IMG/VR virus record: IMGVR_UViG_3300045912_000157
Span: 1 to 35,574 of that record
Length of the DNA: 35,574 nt
Direction: 5' to 3' (one strand)
DNA from: a virus
Part shown: in pieces, positions 31,596 through 35,574 of the stretch
Layout of the letters: each line of letters opens with the position of its first letter
Position numbering within the stretch: the first letter of the stretch is position 1
The notes under the pieces: generated by a model
Database searches by the model: none
The model's input: only the letters and a program-made list of their open reading frames with translations
What the model was told of the DNA's origin: nothing
Translations under genes and position numbers: made by a program

Positions 31596-32768
31596 TTACA
31601 CTCCAACTTTCAGAAGTTTAATTGCTTCAAAGTTTTTAACTCCGCCGCCGACTCGTTTTGTCGTATAGAACTTGACAAAAGGTTTCGCAGTGAACGGATC
31701 ACGCAAAACTCTGATTCCGATTCTGTCGACGATTTGATAAGCCTGTCTCATGTCACCAAAAGCAACCACAAGGTTTCCGCCCGCTACTGTTGGCATATCT
31801 TGGAATTCAACAATTTCATATCCAAGCACAGAACCAGCAGTTTGTCCGTCGAGACCTGGAGCCCACAAATATCTGCCGTCTAAGTCTTTTAAAAGACGAA
31901 CGGTTTTGATTGCGTCTCGGCTCATGAAGTGACGAGCGTTTGGTTTGTAAGCTGTTTTCAATGAGTACATGAGCTCGATCAAAGAATCGCCAGTGATTGT
32001 CGTTGGAGATCCAGACATAATTTGTTGAATTTGACCAAAGCCAGTTCCGGCAGCGTATTTCAAGAATCCTTTTGGTTTCTTCTCGCCATCGCCATCCACG
32101 AAAGCCGCATTTTCAATTCGCGCAACAATATCTGCTACTTTTTCAGACAACCACGCTTCCATGTTGACGGCTGCGTCGTCCAAAAGACGTTGCGTTGCTT
32201 TTGGTTCTGCGTAGATTTCGTGAACAGGAATTTCGATCATGTTCAATTTAGGCGTTGCAGTCTCTGGACGAGGCTCAACTTCGCCAACCCATCCCGCTCC
32301 AGCTTCGTCAAGGTCTTGGAGAATTTCCAAAGAACTTGTGCTGATAACTTGCACAGAAGCATATTGTCTCATTGGAGATGTTTCGAAAACTTTTGTGACG
32401 ATCTCAGACGACATTTGCGGAGTGACCAACAAACCTCCATCTTCGCCAGAATCAGAAGACAAAGCTTTCAGTTCGCGCTCGCCTTCGCCTTTTCTCAAAT
32501 AGTCGCTCATCAATTTCGCAGCTTTGATCTCGGCCTCGGTGCGTTTTTCGTGTTTTTGATCCGCGCCTGGCGTGCGAGCCATTGCTGTTTTGATTGCCGC
32601 GAGTTCTTCAGATTTTTTCTGAACTTCTTCGTTCAATTTGTCGACTTTTTCTTGAAGGTCCGCCGGAGCATATCCTTTGCTTTCAATAGATTTCAAACGC
32701 GCGTCATTCGCCGCTTTGAATTCTGCAAAAGCTGACTGCATATCAGTCACTACTTTATTCAATTCCAT
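31596..32768 (-). CDS. Major capsid protein, HK97 family
   Basis: 390 aa. Coiled-coil delta-domain-like N-terminus (MELNKVVTDMQSAFAEFKAANDARLKSIESKG...). The body has the HK97-type layout (LLVTPQMSSEI..., RYLWAPGLDGQTAGSVLGYEIVEFQDMP..., FTAKPFVKFYTTKRVGGGV). Follows the protease gene. Confidence 0.92.
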   Translation of the reverse strand: MELNKVVTDMQSAFAEFKAANDARLKSIESKGYAPADLQEKVDKLNEEVQKKSEELAAIKTAMARTPGADQKHEKRTEAEIKAAKLMSDYLRKGEGERELKALSSDSGEDGGLLVTPQMSSEIVTKVFETSPMRQYASVQVISTSSLEILQDLDEAGAGWVGEVEPRPETATPKLNMIEIPVHEIYAEPKATQRLLDDAAVNMEAWLSEKVADIVARIENAAFVDGDGEKKPKGFLKYAAGTGFGQIQQIMSGSPTTITGDSLIELMYSLKTAYKPNARHFMSRDAIKTVRLLKDLDGRYLWAPGLDGQTAGSVLGYEIVEFQDMPTVAGGNLVVAFGDMRQAYQIVDRIGIRVLRDPFTAKPFVKFYTTKRVGGGVKNFEAIKLLKVGV

Positions 32769-32795
32769 TTTACCAACTCCTTGGTGTGTTATTGT

Positions 32796-33446
32796 TTAGG
32801 CTCTAATCGTTTCTATCAATTTCCGAAGTGATTGCTCTAACAGCGGATCGTTTTCGGGGGCGGCTTCGTCATGAAGTGCCATCTCGATTTGAAGATCAGT
32901 AAACCCTTGTTGTTTTAATTGTTTAAAATGTTCTTTCAGCCAGGCTTGTTTGAGCTCGTCTGGCTGCGCTTTTGCCGAAGTAATCATGGCCTCCGTGTTC
33001 ATCGGAAACGTCACAATCGAATATTCGAACAGTTTTAATTCTTTCAAGCGTCTGATGACTGGCTTTTCGCGATCAGGTTCGGCCTTTACGACCATGTAAC
33101 CGATCGACAGCCCCATTTTCGCTCCCAACTCCTGCGCCGTCTTCGCTAGGCTGTATTTCTCCCGTGCCGTTTGCACATTCAAGTCGAGTTTTCCCTCGAC
33201 GTAGAGACCTTTTTCGTCTTCTTCTGCCCTTAGGTTCCAACCAATCTGCTTCGATGGGTCGTGATCCGCCAAGATCGGCCACAAGCCCTTCGACTCCTTG
33301 ATGGACTTCTTGAACGCGCCCTTGTCCACAACGTCCATTCCCAGATCGACGTTTCCGAACGTGGACGCGAATCCACGAATCATTCCGTTGCTGTCTGCGT
33401 CTTTGATCTCTAGCTCGAATGATTTGACTTCTACTTTTGGCGTCAT
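32796..33446 (-). CDS. Prohead protease, HK97 family (S78/U35)
   Basis: IRGFASTFGNVDLGMDVVDKGAFKKSI...WPILADHD...GLSIGYMV...EYSIVTFPMN matches the HK97 prohead-protease pattern. Confidence 0.9.
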   Translation of the reverse strand: MTPKVEVKSFELEIKDADSNGMIRGFASTFGNVDLGMDVVDKGAFKKSIKESKGLWPILADHDPSKQIGWNLRAEEDEKGLYVEGKLDLNVQTAREKYSLAKTAQELGAKMGLSIGYMVVKAEPDREKPVIRRLKELKLFEYSIVTFPMNTEAMITSAKAQPDELKQAWLKEHFKQLKQQGFTDLQIEMALHDEAAPENDPLLEQSLRKLIETIRA

Positions 33447-33742
33447 GCGATGACCTTCCTGTCATTTTGCAACCTTACGTTTAGACCTTTTTCAAACAAA
33501 ACGTGGTGAACGTCGTCACCAAATCGAATTTCTGCCATGAAATTTTGCTTTTCGCCTTCTTTTAAACCCTGAATTTCAAAATCTTCCAGGTCAAGCGCAA
33601 TTTTTCCCTCGTTGGCGTCTATGATTCGCACGTTAGATTTCTCCAGAACGTGTCCGTTTTCGTATGGAATTTGAATTTTGATCGAATCCGCGCCTTGAAG
33701 ACACAGAGGAGCTCCAAATTGATTCACAATTCTTAATTTCAT
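33443..33742 (-). CDS. Hypothetical small beta-rich protein
   Basis: 99 aa. ATGA-type overlaps with both neighbours. Sequence such as KIALDLEDFEIQGLKEGEKQNFMAEIRFGD suggests an Ig-like sandwich. Confidence 0.5.
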   Translation of the reverse strand: MKLRIVNQFGAPLCLQGADSIKIQIPYENGHVLEKSNVRIIDANEGKIALDLEDFEIQGLKEGEKQNFMAEIRFGDDVHHVLFEKGLNVRLQNDRKVIA

Positions 33743-34077
33743 TTCACGACTCCAACAATATACTCGGATATAGTTTGAACTGACTTGACCATTCCAGTAA
33801 CATATTTTTCAGCCGGCTGGACCTTTGGAAGAGGAAAAATTTGTTCGGCTGTGTCCGCGTATTGATCTGAATCTATAATTTTATAGCTTGCAATCAACGC
33901 TTTGTCGGGCATTTCTTCGTCCGTGTTGAGATAAAGCCCATCGCCTGCGGAATAAAGATGCACGGACTTGTAAAGCTGACCGCTGAAATCGTACAGATCG
34001 CAACGCACTTTTGCGCCAGGATTGGAGTCCCAGAGCTTCAAAGCCAAAGAAATTTTGTCGCCAACAACGCATTTCAC
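33739..34077 (-). CDS. Hypothetical small beta-rich protein
   Basis: 112 aa, coupled to its neighbours. No family recognised. Confidence 0.5.
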   Translation of the reverse strand: MKCVVGDKISLALKLWDSNPGAKVRCDLYDFSGQLYKSVHLYSAGDGLYLNTDEEMPDKALIASYKIIDSDQYADTAEQIFPLPKVQPAEKYVTGMVKSVQTISEYIVGVVK

Positions 34078-34604
34078 AAGACACCCGCAATTTTTCTAGC
34101 CTCTTGCACGACCTCTTTGAGATCAATCGTGTCATAGTGTTCATTGAAAAACACGAGCCAGCCTTTGGTCAAAACAAGAGCAATAAACTCAGAACATACC
34201 ATGCCCTTTTTATGATTGAGAATGATGCGCCCAATATGCCTAGACCATTTGCTGAAGGTGTTCTGGATTTGTATTAAAATCAACTGCGCAAAGCTGTAAT
34301 GAGAGTTGTTTTCAACAAGATTATCGGCGAACATTTGAACCTCGTGCTGTGGAATCTGGGGCGGAATCAATCTATAACACCGGACCAATTTATATTGACT
34401 CAAGAAACTGTCATAGCTCAGTCTGCGCGCGCGCGGAAACACGGCCTCATAAACAGTTCTTTGACCCGTGTTTTCGTCCTCAATCATTAATGCAACGTGA
34501 CTGAAATCAATCTTCTGAAAAGCCATGATCAGCCTCGCCAGAGGATTGAACTTTCTGTTTGCTGTGCATTCTATGATCCAAAATTTTAAGGCCATCCGAG
34601 CCAT
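34074..34604 (-). CDS. Permuted papain-fold (YiiX/YaeF, peptidase C92-like) hydrolase candidate
   Basis: His-before-Cys order: IDFSHVALMIED..TVYEAV ... KKGMVCSEFIALV, as in permuted NlpC/P60 (C92) proteins. Start ambiguous: ATG 34604/34595, or ATG 34526 with the better SD (GAGG). Confidence 0.5.
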   Translation of the reverse strand: MARMALKFWIIECTANRKFNPLARLIMAFQKIDFSHVALMIEDENTGQRTVYEAVFPRARRLSYDSFLSQYKLVRCYRLIPPQIPQHEVQMFADNLVENNSHYSFAQLILIQIQNTFSKWSRHIGRIILNHKKGMVCSEFIALVLTKGWLVFFNEHYDTIDLKEVVQEARKIAGVL

Positions 34605-34957
34605 GCTTTCATTTGAGCAACAACCCAATTGAGTCTTTCTTGTGACAGCCAATGCTCCGGAGATGTCATCGGGTCTGCCTCGCCGTAAATTGCCGAAAGT
34701 GTTGCTGTTTCAATATCTCCGGCGTAAATCATGTTGATAATATCGACTCTCTTCTCAATACCACCAAGAGCCTCGGGAAAAGTGACTTTCCAATCTCTTA
34801 GCCTATGGTGAAGATGTATTGCTTGATACCATTGAATAGACTCTGAGATGTTTTTTTGCTTAAAGGCGAGCATAAGCCTTGCGCCAAAGTCTTTTCTTGC
34901 CTCGTTGTCAGCCAAATAGGACGAATTCGAAAGATAATCTTCGTAATCCAAACTCAT
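34586..34957 (-). CDS. Hypothetical protein
   Basis: 123 aa, immediately downstream of the jelly-roll protein gene. No family recognised. Confidence 0.5.
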   Translation of the reverse strand: MSLDYEDYLSNSSYLADNEARKDFGARLMLAFKQKNISESIQWYQAIHLHHRLRDWKVTFPEALGGIEKRVDIINMIYAGDIETATLSAIYGEADPMTSPEHWLSQERLNWVVAQMKAWLGWP

Positions 34958-34960
34958 TCA

Positions 34961-35574
34961 TTACCTTCCAGAAGTTCTTTCAATCACAAATTTCATCCAG
35001 TCGGTGTCCATGTTTCTTTGCGTTGCGCCGACTGTTTTTTCAATTTTAAATCCTGCGCCAAAGGGGTTTCCGCCGCCTGGTAAGTTTGGAGCGTTGATCG
35101 TGGCTACCAAAACGTCGTCAATATGGAACAATGCTTGTTGTCCGTTTTCAGACAACTCAACTCTATAAATGTGATAATCTAAATCAGGGCTGAATCCCGT
35201 GTCCACGGCTTGAATTTCTGTGCCCGCCACGCGCGAAACAGCTAAAAATCGACCGCCGTTTTGTAGATCGGTATATCTAAAATACATACCGTTTGTGCCT
35301 TCGCCGGTGACAGAAAACGAGTCAGTCAATCCGCATCTAAAAACAAAAGTCTCAGTCAAAGTTGAAAGCTGCTCGAGTGCGTGTCTTGCCTCATACACGA
35401 ATCTCGCTGCTCCAGCTCGTCCAATTAAGCCAGACACTGTTCCAAGACCAGCTCTTCCGTTGGACACTGTTCCAGTGTCAGATTGAAGAACTCCGATAGC
35501 GTTTTCAGTCAGATCTTGCCCATAAGTTCCTGTCTGATGAGAGGCTCCCGTTCCAGAAACAAAAGACGTAAAAA
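34961..35574 (-). CDS. 3' part of the wrap-around gene (see 1-494): C-terminal jelly-roll / ConA-LamG-like domain
   Basis: The frame stays open beyond the track's GTG at 35467 to the window edge, and 35448-35574 duplicates 1-127. The C-terminal pattern FVFRCGLTDSF..GMYFRY...FLAVSRVAGTEIQAVDTGF..DYHIYRVELSENGQQALFHIDDVLVATI...FKIEKTVGATQRNMDTDWMKFV is typical of a lectin/glucanase-type jelly roll. Confidence 0.7.
   Translation of the reverse strand, partial: FTSFVSGTGASHQTGTYGQDLTENAIGVLQSDTGTVSNGRAGLGTVSGLIGRAGAARFVYEARHALEQLSTLTETFVFRCGLTDSFSVTGEGTNGMYFRYTDLQNGGRFLAVSRVAGTEIQAVDTGFSPDLDYHIYRVELSENGQQALFHIDDVLVATINAPNLPGGGNPFGAGFKIEKTVGATQRNMDTDWMKFVIERTSGR
35448..35574. repeat. Terminal direct repeat, copy 2 (identical to 1-127)
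   Basis: See 1-127. Confidence 0.95.

Noticed and set aside
32022-32735. 237-aa plus-strand ORF
   Set aside because: It lies entirely antisense to the HK97-type major capsid gene, and its composition (F/R/C/S-rich) is typical of a shadow frame. There is no SD or promoter context.
33073-33465. 130-aa minus-strand ORF in an alternate frame
   Set aside because: It lies inside the prohead-protease gene, and its Arg-rich off-frame composition (RRRQQRNDSW..., RRRRKRSLRRGK) points to a spurious frame. The protease frame carries clear family motifs.
1-35574. Lysogeny module, tRNAs, CRISPR arrays, toxin-antitoxin pairs
   Set aside because: No integrase/recombinase or CI-like repressor motifs appear in any ORF. 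The intergenic spaces (longest 333 bp) contain no cloverleaf-sized tRNA-like structure or regularly spaced repeats. The RHH gene has no obvious toxin partner.

Overview
This window is a complete, circularly closed tailed-phage genome with an HK97-fold capsid and a siphovirus-like non-contractile tail module. Bases 1-127 recur verbatim at 35448-35574, and one minus-strand gene reads straight through that join, so the unique sequence is 35,447 bp.

Almost all genes are on the minus strand, in three consecutive blocks:
- (i) An AT-rich, translationally coupled three-gene accessory operon (14738 down to 12573): a ParB/Srx-fold protein, a TagD-like cytidylyltransferase and a GT-A/DxD-like protein.
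- (ii) An early replication/recombination operon (12239 down to 6411): an O-like initiator with an internal ori-like repeat region, a RecE-type PD-(D/E)XK exonuclease, DUF3768, an orphan N6/N4 DNA methyltransferase and a RecT-like annealase. A strong intrinsic terminator closes it.
- (iii) One very long late operon (6184 down to 1, wrapping to 35447 and on down to 17024). In order it carries TerS, TerL, a portal-MuF fusion, a ~6.4-kb fibre/lectin-like cluster inserted between portal and prohead protease, the protease and the HK97-type major capsid protein. These are followed by connector/adaptor proteins, the tail tube, a -1 frameshifted tail chaperone, the tape measure, fibres sharing a recurrent beta-sandwich module, two glycine-rich paralogues, a holin/spanin-like trio nested among the tail genes, and a CHAP-type endolysin.

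A ~2.3-kb mixed-orientation region (14739-17055) sits between the end of the late operon and the start of the accessory operon. It carries a small plus-strand operon ending in a ribbon-helix-helix regulator, a VRR-NUC nuclease, an HNH nuclease and a membrane-anchored coiled-coil protein.

I saw no integrase, CI-type repressor, tRNA, CRISPR array or reverse transcriptase.

Best candidates for something undescribed:
- the ParB-like / cytidylyltransferase / GT-A-like trio, a possible nucleotide-activated modification module;
- the acidic-small-protein operon that ends in an RHH gene, which has anti-defence (acr-aca-like) or switch architecture;
- the fibre cluster inside the head module;
- the duplicated glycine-rich proteins.

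All family calls come from motif recognition by eye. No database search was possible.
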